Shown here: one piece after another, positions 25,040-38,104 of the stretch
Layout of the letters: every line of letters starts with the position of its first letter
Numbering within the stretch: the stretch's first letter is position 1
DNA from: Chiloscyllium plagiosum
Taxonomy: Eukaryota
Direction of reading: 5' to 3'
Assembly: GCF_004010195.1 (NCBI RefSeq)
Contig: NC_057718.1
Span: 68,830,449 to 68,894,448, forward strand
Length of the DNA stretch: 64,000 bases
Translations under genes and position numbers: made by a program
Notes under the pieces: model-generated
What the model was told of the DNA's origin: nothing
Database searches by the model: none
Seen by the model: only the letters and a program-made list of their open reading frames with translations

Positions 25040-25520
25040 CAGCATAGAGGCTCAGTGGTTAGCACTGCTGCCTTACAGTGCAAGGGACCTGGATTTGGTT
25101 CTAACCTTGGGCGACTGACTGTGTGGAGTTTGCACATTCTCCCTATGTCTGCGTGGATTTCCTCCGGGTGCTCCCGTTTCTTTCCACGAATCAAAGATGT
25201 GCAGGTTAGGTGAATTGGCCATGCTAAATTGCCCAAAGTGTTCAGAGGTGTGTTGGTGGATAGATGTAGAATAGTAGGGGATTGGGTTTGGATAGGATGC
25301 TCTTTGGATGGTCGTTGTGGACTTGTGGGGCTGAAGGGCCTGTTCTGGATTAGAGTGGTGCTGGAAAAGCACAGCAGTTCACGCAGTATCCTGCTCCTGG
25401 GATGCTGCCTGCACTGCTGTGCTTTTTCAGCACCACTCTAATCCAGAATCTGGTTTCCAGCATCTGCAATAATTGTTTTTACCTATGAAGGGCCTGTTTC
25501 CACACTTGGGATTCTATGAT
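25040..25520 (+). mobile_element. V-SINE with nested PLE-derived hairpin (25345-25485) flanked by TSD TGAAGGGCCTGTT
   Basis: SINE body interrupted by ctggattagagtggtgctggaaaagcacagcag...ctgctgtgctttttcagcaccactctaatccag; tgaagggcctgtt is duplicated on both sides. Confidence 0.85.
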
Positions 25521-25890
25521 CTGTGAATGTCCCATTGAGTTCAGAGTAATGTGCTTCAGTCTGGAGCTATAATATTAAGCTTAAAGGCAATTACCCCTTG
25601 CCTCTCATATGTATGGTAGATTTGGAAATCAGATTAAAATATTTAGCAGTAGAAAAGCATAGCAACCATTTCATAATTTTAAAATATGCATTTCATTGAG
25701 AAATAAAAGGTCCATGTGGAACTTTTTCCATTTATGACTAATGGTAATATTAGATTAAAAGAAGGCGGCTATAGTGTGGTCAAAATGAATAGCAAACTTG
25801 AGGAATGAGAGAAATTTTGGTAAAGGATAAGCAAGAAATTGACAGAGGGAGAAAACTGAAGTAAACTATTCAGAATATATATAAGATTTG

Positions 25891-26222
25891 TGGGCGGCAT
25901 GGTGGCACAGTGATTAGCACTGCTGCCTCACGGCGCCAGAGACCTGGATTCAATTCCCGCCTTAGGCGACTCTCTGTGTGGAGTTTGCACATTCTTCCCG
26001 TGTCTGCGTGGGTTTCCTCCGGGTGCTCTGGTTTCCTCCCACAATCCAAAAATGGCAGGTTAGATGAATTGGCCATGCTAAATTGCCCGTAGTATTAGGT
26101 GAAGGGGTAAATGTAGGGGAATGGGTTTGGATGGGTTGCGCTTCGGCAGGTCGGTGTGGACTTGTTGGGCCGAAGGGCCTGTCTCCACACTCTGAGTAAT
26201 CTAATCTAAATCTAAATCTAAA
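25891..26222 (+). mobile_element. HE1-like V-SINE
   Basis: Full-length copy with (TCTAA/TCTAAA)n tail. Confidence 0.9.
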
Positions 26223-26289
26223 CAATCGTAATATATAATTGAATGCAAAAAGAGAGCACTGCAAGTAAACACCAGTCCCTAAAAATTAG

Positions 26290-28620
26290 ACAAAGTTATA
26301 AGGAGCATATTCTTTCACCATCCCTCGTGCCCTTAAAGGTGAGGATGAACTGTTTTGTGAAGTACCACAGTCTGTGTGGTATAGTTACTCCTACAATAAC
26401 TTTGTGGAAGGACTTGCAAGATTTTGATCCAGAAACATTGAAAGAATGGGAATATATTTCCAAGTTGGGTTGGTGAGTAGCTTGTAGATAAACTTGCAGA
26501 AGGTGGCTTTCGCATGAATTTGCTGCCCACATCCTTCTAAATGTTAGCTGTTGTGGGTTTGGTGAATGCAGTCTAAGGAGTGTGTCTTGTAGAAGGTACA
26601 CACTGCTACTGTGCAATATTGGTGGAGGGAGTAAATATTTTTGGCTTGTGTCTGTCAAGTGGGTTGCTTTGACTTGGATGATATTAAACTTCTTGGGTGT
26701 TGTTGGAGCTGCAATCATCCAGACTAGTGGGAAACATTCTATAAGATTTCTGACTTGTGCCATGTAGATACTGGACCAGCTTTGGGCTGTAGAGAGGTGA
26801 ATTATTCACTGTAGCCTCTGACTTGCTTTTGTCCCCACAATTTTGGCTAATAAAGTTTAGTTTTTGGTCAATAGTAACTCCCCAGGATATTGATAGGTGG
26901 AATTCAGTGATGGTAATGCCATTCAATGCCAAGGGGTGACAGTTAGATTTTATCTAGTTAGAAATAGTCTTTGTCTGTCACTTGTGTGGTACGAATGCCA
27001 CTTGCCACCTTTCAGTCCAAACCTGGATATTGCCCAGGTCTTTACTGCATTTGGATATGCTCAGCTCTGACCTTATGAATGGAAAGTTATTGATAAAGTA
27101 GCTGAAGATAGTTGGAAGAAGAATACTATCCTGAGGAACTGTGAAGATGGGCCTTCCATAAGTATTGTGCAGTGGTCTTACATCTGTCCATGGCAATACA
27201 GGTATCTCCAACAGGCAGATTGGTGACCGTGATGTCCTGGAGGGATAGCTGAGTTGACCTCCAACTGCAGTGAACATCTTCCTTTGTGCCAGGTATGCTT
27301 CCAACCGGTGAAAAATCGTCTCCTTAGTTATCATTTGTTCCACTTTTGCTAGGGTTCCTTGGTACCACCTTTGGTCTTATCTCATCTCTGGAATCTAGCT
27401 CTTTAGTCCGTGTTTGAACTAAGGCTATAAGGAGGTCAGATGCTGAGTAGTCCTAGCAGTGCACAAACTGAGCAATCACGAGCATTTTATTGCTAATCTA
27501 ATACTGCTTGAAAGCAAAGTTGATAACCCCTTCCACCATTTTACTGATGATTGAAAGTAGACAGATGGCGAGCTGATTGCCGAGGTTGGATTTGTTCTGC
27601 TGCTTCTTTACAGGACATACATGGGCAGTTTTAATGTTGGCTTCTGTGAGTGTAGTCGCTGCACTGGAACAACTGGACTCAGGACTTGGCAGGTTTTGAA
27701 GCACAAGTCTTCAAGACTGTGTTGTCAGGGTCCATAACCTTAGAGTATCCAATGCCTCTTGTTATCATGCAGAATGAATTGTATTGATATAAGAGTAGCA
27801 TCTGTCATGTTGGGGTAGGCTGAGTGGGATCATCAATTGAGTAGTTCTGGCTGAAGATTGTTGCGAATTTCAGCCCTTATGTTTGCACTGATGTGCTGTG
27901 GTTCTCTATTATTGATGATGGGAACAGTTGTGTAGTGTACTCTTGTAAGTCTGGTACAGCAGTAGAGCTTAGATCTGATTCGTTGGCTGTAGAACTGCTT
28001 CTCTCTATCACTTGATGTTTGGTATGCAAGTAATCCTAGAATGTTGTTTCACTAGATTGACACCTGATTTGTAGGTATATCTAGGACTGCTCCTGGCATG
28101 CCCCCCTACATTCTTCATTGAACCAGGATTGAACCTCTGGGTTGGTGGTAATCATAAAGTAAGGAATATGCTATGCGATGAAGGTTACAAATTGTTTTGG
28201 GAGTATGTTTCTGCTGATATCGATGGCCCACAGTACCTTGTGGATGCCCATTTTTGAATTGCGATATCTGTTCAAAATCTATCCCATTTAGGAAAGTGAT
28301 AGTGCCACACAACACAGTGGAGTGGATTTTGAATATGAAGGTGGGCCTTCCACAAGGACTGTGCAGTGGTCTTACCTGTGCTGTCATGGACAGATGTATT
28401 TGCAACAGGCAGATTGGTGACCATGATGTCATGTATGCTTTTCCCTCTTGATTCCCTCGCCGCCTACTGCAGATCCAGTTTTGCGGCTATGTCCTTTAGA
28501 ATTCTATCAGCTCAATCAGTGTTGATGCAAGTGAGCTGCTCTTGGGGATGGACATTAAACTCCCCCCAACTAGAGTACATCCTGCACCCAGGAATGCTGA
28601 AGGGGCAGCAGTGGTGGTAA
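26290..28620 (-). mobile_element. Old degenerate non-LTR retrotransposon (CR1/L2 clade) fragment
   Basis: Minus-strand remnants: SNLGNQLAICLLSIISKMVEGVIN (decayed YRPISLL), VPQDSILLPTIFSYFIN, IQVWTERWQVAFVPHK and AQVRNLIECFPLVWM. Confidence 0.8.
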
Positions 28621-28699
28621 TCTGCAGGCAGTTTCCTTGCATATATTTGACCTGGGTAGTACCTCAGCTCCTGTAATTTATTTTTGTTGGTCTCCATTT

Positions 28700-30722
28700 G
28701 AAAGTCTTTTCCCAGGGGTGGGGGAGACGAGAACTAGAGGGCATAGTTTAGGGTGAGAGGGGAAAGATATAAAAGAGACCTAAGGGGCAACTTTTTCACG
28801 CAGAGGGTGGTACGTGTATAGAATGAGCCATCAGAGGAAGTGGTGGAGGCTAGTACGATTGCAACATTTAAAAGGCATTTGGATGGGTATATGAATAGGA
28901 AGTGTTTAGAAGGATATCGGCTGGGTGTTGGCAGGTGAGACAAGATTGGGTTGGGATATCTGGTCGGCATGGACGAGTTGGACTGAAGGGTTTTTTTAGA
29001 TTTGTTTTTAGATTACTTAGAGTGTGGAAACAGACCCAACAAGTCCACGCCGACCTGCCAAAGCACAACCCACCCAGACCCATTCCCCTACATTTACCCC
29101 TTCACCTAACCCTATGGGCAATTTAGCATGGCCAATTCACCTAACCTGCACGTTTTTGGACTGTGGGAGGAAACCGGAGCACCCGGAGGAAACCCACGCA
29201 GACACTGGGAGAATGTGCAAACTCCACACAGTCAGTCACCTGAGGCGGGAATTGAACCAGGGTCTCTGGCGCTGTGAGGCAGCAGTGCTAACCATTGTGC
29301 CACCGNNNNNNNNNNNNNNNNNNNNNNNNNNNNNNNNNNNNNNNNNNNNNNNNNNNNNNNNNNNNNNNNNNNNNNNNNNNNNNNNNNNNNNNNNNNNNNN
29401 NNNNNNNNNNNNNNNNNNNNNNNNNNNNNNNNNNNNNNNNNNNNNNNNNNNNNNNNNNNNNNNNNNNNNNNNNNNNNNNNNNNNNNNNNNNNNNNNNNNN
29501 NNNNNNNNNNNNNNNNNNNNNNNNNNNNNNNNNNNNNNNNNNNNNNNNNNNNNNNNNNNNNNNNNNNNNNNNNNNNNNNNNNNNNNNNNNNNNNNNNNNN
29601 NNNNNNNNNNNNNNNNNNNNNNNNNNNNNNNNNNNNNNNNNNNNNNNNNNNNNNNNNNNNNNNNNNNNNNNNNNNNNNNNNNNNNNNNNNNNNNNNNNNN
29701 NNNNNNNNNNNNNNNNNNNNNNNNNNNNNNNNNNNNNNNNNNNNNNNNNNNNNNNNNNNNNNNNNNNNNNNACTAGGTAACATCTTCAGTGGGCCTCAGG
29801 TGAAACACTGCTGATAATTCCTGTTTTCTATTTACATGTTTGGGTTTCTTTGGGTCTGGAACAAAACATCTGGAAATGAACCTTCCAGCTCAGCGAGCAA
29901 ACCTACATCCAGAACCTCAACCTGAGCTACAAATCTTCTCAAAACTCACCACTGGGCTCCTCCATTTTTTTCTAATGAAGAATGAGTGATTAACCTGATC
30001 AACTGTGGAATTCACCATGATGGAGCATCTCAGAGCAAATCTAATAGCATTTGACAAGGCAGAAAATGCTGCCATGAAGGTTTAGACAACTGGAGTCTTG
30101 ATTTTGGGTACCAGTGATAAAAGGAATTTTCAGGATGGTGCAAGAATGTTGTGCTCAGTTTTCCAATAGTAATGAAGTGTAGCTAGAATTGATTGTCTTG
30201 GAGGAAGACATACCGTCTTCTCCTCCTCTAGAGGGCCAAAGCCTGCTAATTACCACAGTAGTAGTATTGCTGGTGTCTGTGAAACAACTAGCCCAGATAG
30301 CTATAACCAATGTAGAGATGATATAGTCTGGAGATGTGCCTTCCAAAATCAAAGGTCTTCATGGTTGTCCTCCAAGGCCTTCTGCATTATCTTTATTACT
30401 AGTTTAGAAAGCTTTCACTGCATAAGCAGTCCAGAACTAGAGGGCATAGTTTAGGGTGAGAGGGGAAAGATATAAAAGAGACCTAAGGGGCAACTTTTTC
30501 ACGCAGAGGGTGGTACGTGTATGGAATGAGCTGCCAGAGGAAATGGTGGAGGCTGGTACAATTGTAGCATTTAAAAGGCATTTGGTTGGGTATATGATTA
30601 GGAAGGGTTTGGAGGGCTATGAGCCGGGTGCTGGCAGGTGGGACTAGATTGGGTTGGGATATCTGGTCGGCATGGACAGGTTGGACCGAAGGGTCTGTTT
30701 CCATGCTGTACATCTCTGACTC
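28700..30722 (+). repeat. CR1 3' fragment containing a ~1.6 kb duplicate of 47240-48805 (CR1 tail + SINE + gap + PLE fragment + unique DNA)
   Basis: 28820-30427 aligns with 47240-48805 apart from scattered substitutions; 28730-28828 is repeated at 30433-30531. Confidence 0.85.
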
Positions 30723-32005
30723 GAACTTTCTTTACCTTTTTGTTTTGATAGGAACACATTTATGTTCCCTATTAAGTAAACCAATTATCTGTTATTGTAC
30801 TCTCTCTTTGACCCTCTTTCCTTTATTCTGCTTGATTCTCTGTGGTATCATGAACCATTTTTGTCAGAGCCAACTTTTTCATTTTAATCTCAGCACTCTT
30901 TGAGTGTCCATCCATTTCCTTCACAGAACTGTCAGTCAGTACCTGCATCCTCATCATCTCTCAGGAGGCTTTTTTTCTGCTAATCTACTGTTTTACTTGC
31001 CAGTCATTAATTCCAAACTGCCTTGGCTCAAACCCTTTTCCACTTCTTCTCTGAATTTAGCTCTCTTCTCATTTACCATTGTCAACTTCGATTACTGCTT
31101 GTTCTTTTTCATTACTTCTCAGAACCAAATATTTGGATTGCTGTTTCTCGAAAATGATATCCTGCTGAGGAATATTCCTCTAATTCTACTAGTTGCAAGA
31201 TGTTTTTCCTTTTACATTGAGCTGTAAACACAAAATTGAAGAAATTTCTCCACACATTTTAGGAATTCTTTTTTACACTTCTTTTGCTCCAGTTCACACA
31301 AGGATAATTGATTTCTACAGTAGCACTCTTGTTGTTCGTGTATTTTTCTGAAGTTTGTGCGCTGGTACGATCCTGCTTTTCCTTCCTGTTAATTTCATGT
31401 AGAGTAAGCAGCAGACCTACTCACGCTTACTAACTCATATTAACTCTTGCCATGTCTGTAACAGTAGTTAATTCAATATTTCCAGGTTTTTTTTTATTCC
31501 TCCTGACTAAATAGTAGCTAGGGCTTCCCCTTTATTTGAACAAATTCACCATTTTGTAACTATATTGTTTGAGGCATGATGGAAAATTCCATTTGGTCAG
31601 TTTGCATCTGTGTTGATGGCCAACAAGTTAATATTGCAATAATAAAAGCAATGCACTGTGGCTGTTGGAGATCTGAAGTACAAACAGAAACTCAGCAGGT
31701 CTGGTAGCATCTATAACTCTTTTTGGTGTCACAATAGACTGGAAAAGTTAACTTTGTGTTTATCACCACAGATGCTGTCTGAACTGAGTTTCTCCAGCAC
31801 TTTGTTTACAGTTAACATTGCATGCTTGGATTCCTTATCAGAATGACAGGGTAGTGGGTGGATCTAATTGGAATGCTCTTCAGAAGGTTGGTGTGGACCT
31901 AATGGGCCGAATGCCCTGCTTCCGTGCTAGAGGCATTGAGCGTAATCTTTCAATCCTCCTGAGGTATATGGATGCTATCAGAGCATTGGAGAATGGCAAA
32001 TTAAA

Positions 32006-32267
32006 GCCAAGATTAGAGTGGTGCTGGGAAAGCACAGCAGGACAGGCAGAATCCAAGGAGCAGGAAAATTGACGTTTTGGGCAAAAGCCCTTCATCGAAA
32101 GACAGAGTTAACTTTTCCAGTCTATTGTGACACCAAAAAGAGTTACGTAAGCTACCATTCCTGATGGCTGAAATGTCAATTTTTCCTGCTCCTCAGATAC
32201 TGCCTGACCTGCTGTTCTTTTCCAGCACCACTCTAATCTCCAGTATCTGCAGTATCCACTTCTGCCT
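32006..32267. mobile_element. Short PLE-derived inverted-repeat insertion with captured local sequence
   Basis: gattagagtggtgctgg... is inverted as ...ccagcaccactctaatc; imperfect TSD aatggcaaa(g)ttaa at 31992 and 32268. Confidence 0.75.
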
Positions 32268-32296
32268 AATGGCAAAGTTAACCCCATCATTCATAA

Positions 32297-33729
32297 GCTG
32301 AAAATGTGTTGCTGGAAAAGCGCAGCAGGTCAGGCAGCATCCAAGGAGCAGGAGAATCGACATTTCGGGCATGAGCCCTTCTTCAGGAATGAGGGATTTG
32401 GGGGAGGGGTGTTGGAAATGCGATAGGTGGAAAGAGGTTAAGGTGAGGGTGATAGGCCAGAGTGGAGGTGGGGGCTGAGAGGTCCGGAAGAAGATTGCAG
32501 GTTAGGAAGGCAGTGCTGAGTTCAAGGGTTGGGACTGAGACAAGGTGGGGGAGACAATGAGGAAACTGGAGAAATCGAGTTCATCCCTTGTGGTTGGAGG
32601 GTTCCTAGGCGGAAGATGAGGCACTCTTCCTCCAGCCGTTGTGTTACTATGGTCTGGCGATGGAGGAGTCCAAGGACCTGCATGTCCATGGTGGAGTGGG
32701 AGGGGGAGTAAAAGTGTTGATCCATGGGGTGGTTGGTCCGGGTGTCCCAGAGGTGTTCTCTGAAACGTTCCGCAAGTAGGCGGCCTGTCTCCCCAATATA
32801 GAGGAGGCCACATCGGGTGCAGCAAATGATGTGTGTGGAGATGCNNNNNNNNNNNNNNNNNNNNNNNNNNNNNNNNNNNNNNNNNNNNNNNNNNNNNNNN
32901 NNNNNNNNNNNNNNNNNNNNNNNNNNNNNNNNNNNNNNNNNNNNNNNNNNNNNNNNNNNNNNNNNNNNNNNNNNNNNNNNNNNNNNNNNNNNNNNNNNNN
33001 NNNNNNNNNNNNNNNNNNNNNNNNNNNNNNNNNNNNNNNNNNNNNNNNNNNNNNNNNNNNNNNNNNNNNNNNNNNNNNNNNNNNNNNNNNNNNNNNNNNN
33101 NNNNNNNNNNNNNNNNNNNNNNNNNNNNNNNNNNNNNNNNNNNNNNNNNNNNNNNNNNNNNNNNNNNNNNNNNNNNNNNNNNNNNNNNNNNNNNNNNNNN
33201 NNNNNNNNNNNNNNNNNNNNNNNNNNNNNNNNNNNNNNNNNNNNNNNNNNNNNNNNNNNNNNNNNNNNNNNNNNNNNNNNNNNNNNNNNNNNNNNNNNNN
33301 NNNNNNNNNNNNNNNNNNNNNNNNNNNNNNNNNNNNNNNNNNNNNNNNNNNNNNNNNNNNNNNNNNNCTCCTCCACCTTGTCTCAGTCCCAACCCTCGAA
33401 CTCAGCACCGCCTTCCTAACCTGCAATCTTCTTCCTGACCTCTCCACCCCAACCCCCACTCTGGCCTATCACCCTCCCCTTGTCACCCTCCCCTTGTCAC
33501 CCTCCCCTTGTCACCCTCCCTCCACCTATCGCAGTTCCAACACCCCTCCCCCAAGTCCCTCCTCGCTACCTTTTATCTTAGCCTGCTTGGCACACTTTCC
33601 TCATTCCTGAAGAAGGGCTCATGCCCGAAACGTCGATTCTGCTGCTCCTTGGATGCTGTCTGTCCTGCTGCGCTTTTCCAGCAACACGTTTTCAACTCTG
33701 ATCTCCAGCATCTGCAGTCCTCTCATTCT
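32297..33729. mobile_element. Penelope-like element, inverted-repeat structure with 14-bp TSD
   Basis: CCCATCATTCATAA at 32283-32296 and 33730-33743. Minus ORF ...CTRCGLLYIGETGRLLAERFREHL...RLEEECLIFRLGTLQPQGMN is GIY-YIG. Hammerhead motifs at 32355-32390 (-) and 33603-33638 (+). Confidence 0.92.
33603..33638 (+). ncRNA. Minimal hammerhead ribozyme motif (PLE-associated)
   Basis: attc-CTGAAGA-a-gggc-tcat-gccc-GAAA-cg-tc-gatt; core and stem II intact, stem I short. Confidence 0.65.
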
Positions 33730-34503
33730 CCCATCATTCATAAACTGTGTAAGGATGAACCCAGCAAATACAGACCAATCAACTTAACTTTCATGGTGGG
33801 AAGGCTTTTCAAAACAGTGTCTTGAATCAGTCACTTGGGCAAATGTAGATTGATTAAGGATAGCCAGCATGGTTGGGTTAAAGATAAGTTGTATTTAACT
33901 AACTTGCTTGAGATTTTTGACGTAACTAAGAAGTTTGCTGATGGTAATGTAATTGATGTGGAGCACAAAGACTTCCAAATGGTTTTGACAAGTGCTACAT
34001 AAAAGGCTTATCAGCAAAGTTGCAGTCCATATAATTAAAGGGTTAGTGAAAACAAAAATAAAGAATTGATCGAGTGATAGAAACAGAGTTGTGGTGAATG
34101 GTTTTTCTCAGATTGAAGAAAATTATATACTGGGTTCCCTGGAATGATCCTAGGACCACAGCTTTTCATTTTCTATATTAACAAGCTAGACTTTGTCCAA
34201 GCCACTGTTGCACAATTTGTAGATGATGTTAAACATGGAATCACTAAACTTTGAGGATAGTGATAAGCTTCAAGAAGGCATATGCAGGCTGATATGGATG
34301 AACAAGTTGGTGATGGGATTTAATCAGAAAATGGAGAGTTGATTCATTTTGGTAGGAAGAATAAAGAAAGATAAGATAAAGTAAACAGCCTCCTTCAACA
34401 AGGGCTGCAGGTTAGAGGAGGCTGGGATATTTATGTACATATCACTTGATGGCAGGTTAGGTTGATAAACTGTATGGGATTCTGGGCATATAACAAAACA
34501 CCA

Positions 34504-35071
34504 TGTTAGGTTCTTTTCCTTGAGATTCTTACGCACTCGATGCGACTGCAGACGCCAACTTCTGTGAACAACCAAATTTATTAAGCAAGTACAAGGTGTG
34601 GAGGAACTTTTAACACTCTTTGCAATGTTTGCGAAGCCATGTCAAGGGATCTGTCTGATCAAAGGGACAGTTCTTCCTGTATACAGTACAAGAGTTTCAC
34701 ATTACAGTCAGTAACGCCCACAAGATGACTCCCAACCATCCCCCCGCCCTCAGTCACATGCGACTCAAGACACTTGGTGATCACATCATTTTCAGAAACA
34801 ATATCATGTAAATCATCCCTTTAATGGTCAAATCTGTTGTGAATTGCTTTTTTTTAAACTGCAGGAAGCAGTCAGAATTTTAATTGCAATGTTCTTATTG
34901 ATTCTGAATAGGAGATCATGACAATGTAAATTCCTTTACTCTGAATAACTTGGCCATGCAAATGGCTCTGAATGGCATACATTCTACCTGCAAGACAGAC
35001 ATACCACCCTACCCCCCCAGGAAATCCAATTTCTGCAGGTCAGCAGAGAAAATTAACCCTTTAATATCACA
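34504..35071 (-). mobile_element. Solo LTR with 4-bp TSD, inserted in an old CR1 fragment (~33750-35640)
   Basis: Begins TGTTAGG and ends ATCACA; ACCA at 34500-34503 and 35072-35075; TTTATT (minus-strand AATAAA) near 34577. LINE sequence resumes after it. Confidence 0.75.
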
Positions 35072-35821
35072 ACCAAGCACAAAAAAGGAAGTTCTAGCAA
35101 ATCTTTCAACGACACTGGTTTGACCTCACCTCGAATACCATGTTCAATTCTGGGCACGCTGCACTTCAGGAGGAATGTGAATACAGTGGAGTGGGTGGAA
35201 AAATAATGGATTTGAATGGTTTCAGAAATAAAGCATTATAGCAATGAGAATATATCCGAAAAGTTGGGACTGTTGTCCTTGGAGAAGAAAGGAGGTGATT
35301 AGTTAGGTTTTGTTCAAAATCATGGGGCGTCCTGACACAGCAGGTAGGAAACAAACTGTTCCTATTAGCAGAAGGATTGAGACGGAGTCAATATGATTTG
35401 AAATGAATGGTGAAAGCTGCAATTGATAGGAGAAGTACAATTGTGCAGCACTGTTAGATTCTGGAGTGCGCTGCTTAAGAATCTGGTGAAGGCAGATTCA
35501 ATTTAGGCCTTTAGCAGGGAATTGAATGATTATCTGAAGTGAAGAAAACTGTTACAAGGCTATAGGCCAGGGACCAAGGTGGGAGTGAAATGGAACAAGG
35601 GAAGAGGTGCATAACAGGACATCCTCTTGTGCTATAATCAATCTGTAATGCTATAAATCGCATTTAAAACTAGATAATTTTAAAAAAAATTCTCTTATGC
35701 ACATCTTTGCATTGATTTATGTATTTTGTGATCATTTTTGGACAGGACCTAGTTTCTTATTGTATTATTTCTTTTTCTAACCAAATACGAAGAATTTTCA
35801 TTCTATGCTTTTCATTTCCAG

Positions 35822-36089
35822 GTGACTCAAGACTCTGCTTTCTGGTTCTGGTGACAGGCTGTGTATCTGTAGGGAGGATCCGTGACACTGACATATGTAA
35901 GATTACCACAACAGATTTTGTTCCACTTCAAGAAGAAACAACAGATGAAGAACGAATCACTGCCTTAAGGAAACTGCTGAACTCTGGGATGTTTTATTTT
36001 TCATCAGCTTCTGGTTCGACTTTTGATCTTAGTCTGTGTGCACAGAAGCTGTATGCAAAAGACCATGAGGCGGGAATCCGATTTTTCTG
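35822..36089 (+). CDS. SYNJ2: SYNJ2-like coding exon (probably exon 3), Sac1 domain
   Basis: Acceptor ttttcatttccag|GTGAC and donor TG|gttaga; 268 bp, phase 1-2. Translates GDSRLCFLVLVTGCVSVGRIRDTDICKITTTDFVPLQEE...RKLLNSGMFYFS...FDLSLCAQK...RFF(W). LVLVTGC.SVGRI and DF.PLQEE are SYNJ2-like. Confidence 0.93.
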
Positions 36090-37179
36090 GTTAGATTACT
36101 GTTTTAAATGATTTAATGCTATTAGAAACTGACAAGTTACCAAAAATACTGATGACCCCTGCTCCCTCCACTGCATGGTAAAACCTTCATGGAGTGTGGA
36201 ATGGGCAATAGAAACCACAAAGCCCCACAAACTTTATTCCTCACGCACAGGTTGAATTTCTGCTCAGTCAGGAGACTTTTAATGTAATAACTGTGACCCA
36301 CATCCACGAGACCCACTCCCGTTCTAGCTTCTAGTAATTTTTGCTGGCACATGTTAAGAATTTGTTAACCATCCTGCTCACCACACTTCTGCCATTTTTG
36401 GCTCTGTTGCAGGGCTGAACATTTCAAACCCCCTCACAGTTTTAGTAGAGTCAGACCCAGTTCACTAGCTATAGTTCATGATCTGATGAAGGAGGTGGGA
36501 ACCATTGCTGTGCCCTAGACACAAGTCAACAGCAAAAAATAAACAGTCATTCAACATTTTCATTGGTATACATTTCCCCTCTTACCTTGTCACAACTCTG
36601 TCAGTCAATCACCAGTCATGATATCAATTTAACAAAGCTTGCATCCATTTCGGATGTCCAAAGGTTTGGTCAACGAAGTAGATTTTAGAAAGCATCATAA
36701 AGGGAAAAATGAAGTAAGAAGATGGAGAAATGTTGTAAGGGAATTCCAGAGCTTGGGACCTGGGCAGCTAATGGCATGATATTTGATGATGGAGCAAGTA
36801 AAATTGGGGTCATTTCCAGAGGCCAGAATTAGAAGAGTGCAGATGTTCAGAGCCTATGGGACTTGATGTGAGCTTGCCTCCAGGAGAGAGTTTTACATGC
36901 TGCAGCATTGCTTATGCTACTTCCCATAACATAAGAAATAGGCACGAATGCTGTGATACTGAAGAATCCAACAGACATTTATTACAACTAATTACATACA
37001 TGTCAGAGCTAAAACTGAGCTGTTTGGTTACAGCAGAGGATCATGCTTCCAGTAACGTGTCATGCCTCAGGTGATCTAAGGTGAGATGGAGCATGACATC
37101 TGTTTACTCTTATGTTACCTCCCATGTGCAGTGACAATATCATGAGCTTGTCTATTAGAAATATACTGACTGTGAAATA

Positions 37180-37570
37180 TAATACAACAGGTGAGGGGAG
37201 ATTATGTAAATAGGGAGGAGCAAGGTCAAGGGGGGCTGTGTTGAAAACAAAGATGGCAGTTTTAAAGTCAGGTGACAATGTAAATCAGCAAGCTTCAGAG
37301 TGAGAGGGGAATGGGACTTGGTACTAGTTAAAGCATAGGTAGCAGAAGTTTGGATGACCTTGAATTTACAAAGGGTAGAATGTGAGACAACAATCAAGAA
37401 TGTGTTGAAGTAGTTGATTCTAAAAGTAACCAAGGCAGAACTGAAGGTTTCAGTAGCAATTCTTGAGATAGGAGTGAAGTGAGGTGATGAACTGGGCTTG
37501 GAAATAGGGCATCTTGTTGATGATATGAATGTGAATTTGGAAGTGGAACTGAAGATGAAATGTGACAACA
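37180..37570 (-). mobile_element. Old L2-like LINE fragment
   Basis: Minus remnants ATETFSSALVTFRINYFN...KFKVIQTSATYALT...LKLADLH resemble the L2 ORF2 C-terminus. Confidence 0.6.
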
Positions 37571-38104
37571 AGGCTGTGGAGAAACTAATAGAAACACATA
37601 CATCAGAACATCTATCCTGTGCTGTAAGATTCTAGGACCTTTTGCATAACTTTCATAAACACTAAACGTGACCCTTAGAGCAACAGCTGCTTTCAATCCA
37701 CCTTGTTTGTACCCTTCAAAACAGCTGCTTTCTATTCTCTCTGTCTATACACACACCTCAATCAGGTCCCCTGTCAGTTTTTTCTGCTCAAAAGAAACCA
37801 ACCTGATCTTATCCACTCTTTTTTTCAAAACTAAACCTCTGTATCCCAGGTAACATCCTGGTCAATCTGCAGTGCATTCTCCCAGTACAATCACATCCTT
37901 CCTATCATATAATGACCAGAAGTGCACACTGTACTTGAGCTGCAGCCTAACCAAAGTCTTATCCAGCTCCAACCTAAGTTCTCTGCTGTTAGAATTCTGC
38001 TACAACCGATAAAGTCTTCACTACTCTATTACCCTGCTGCCACCTTGAGATCTTTGGACAAGCACTTCAAGATTCCTCTGTTCCTCTAAGCTTCCTATAG
38101 AGCT

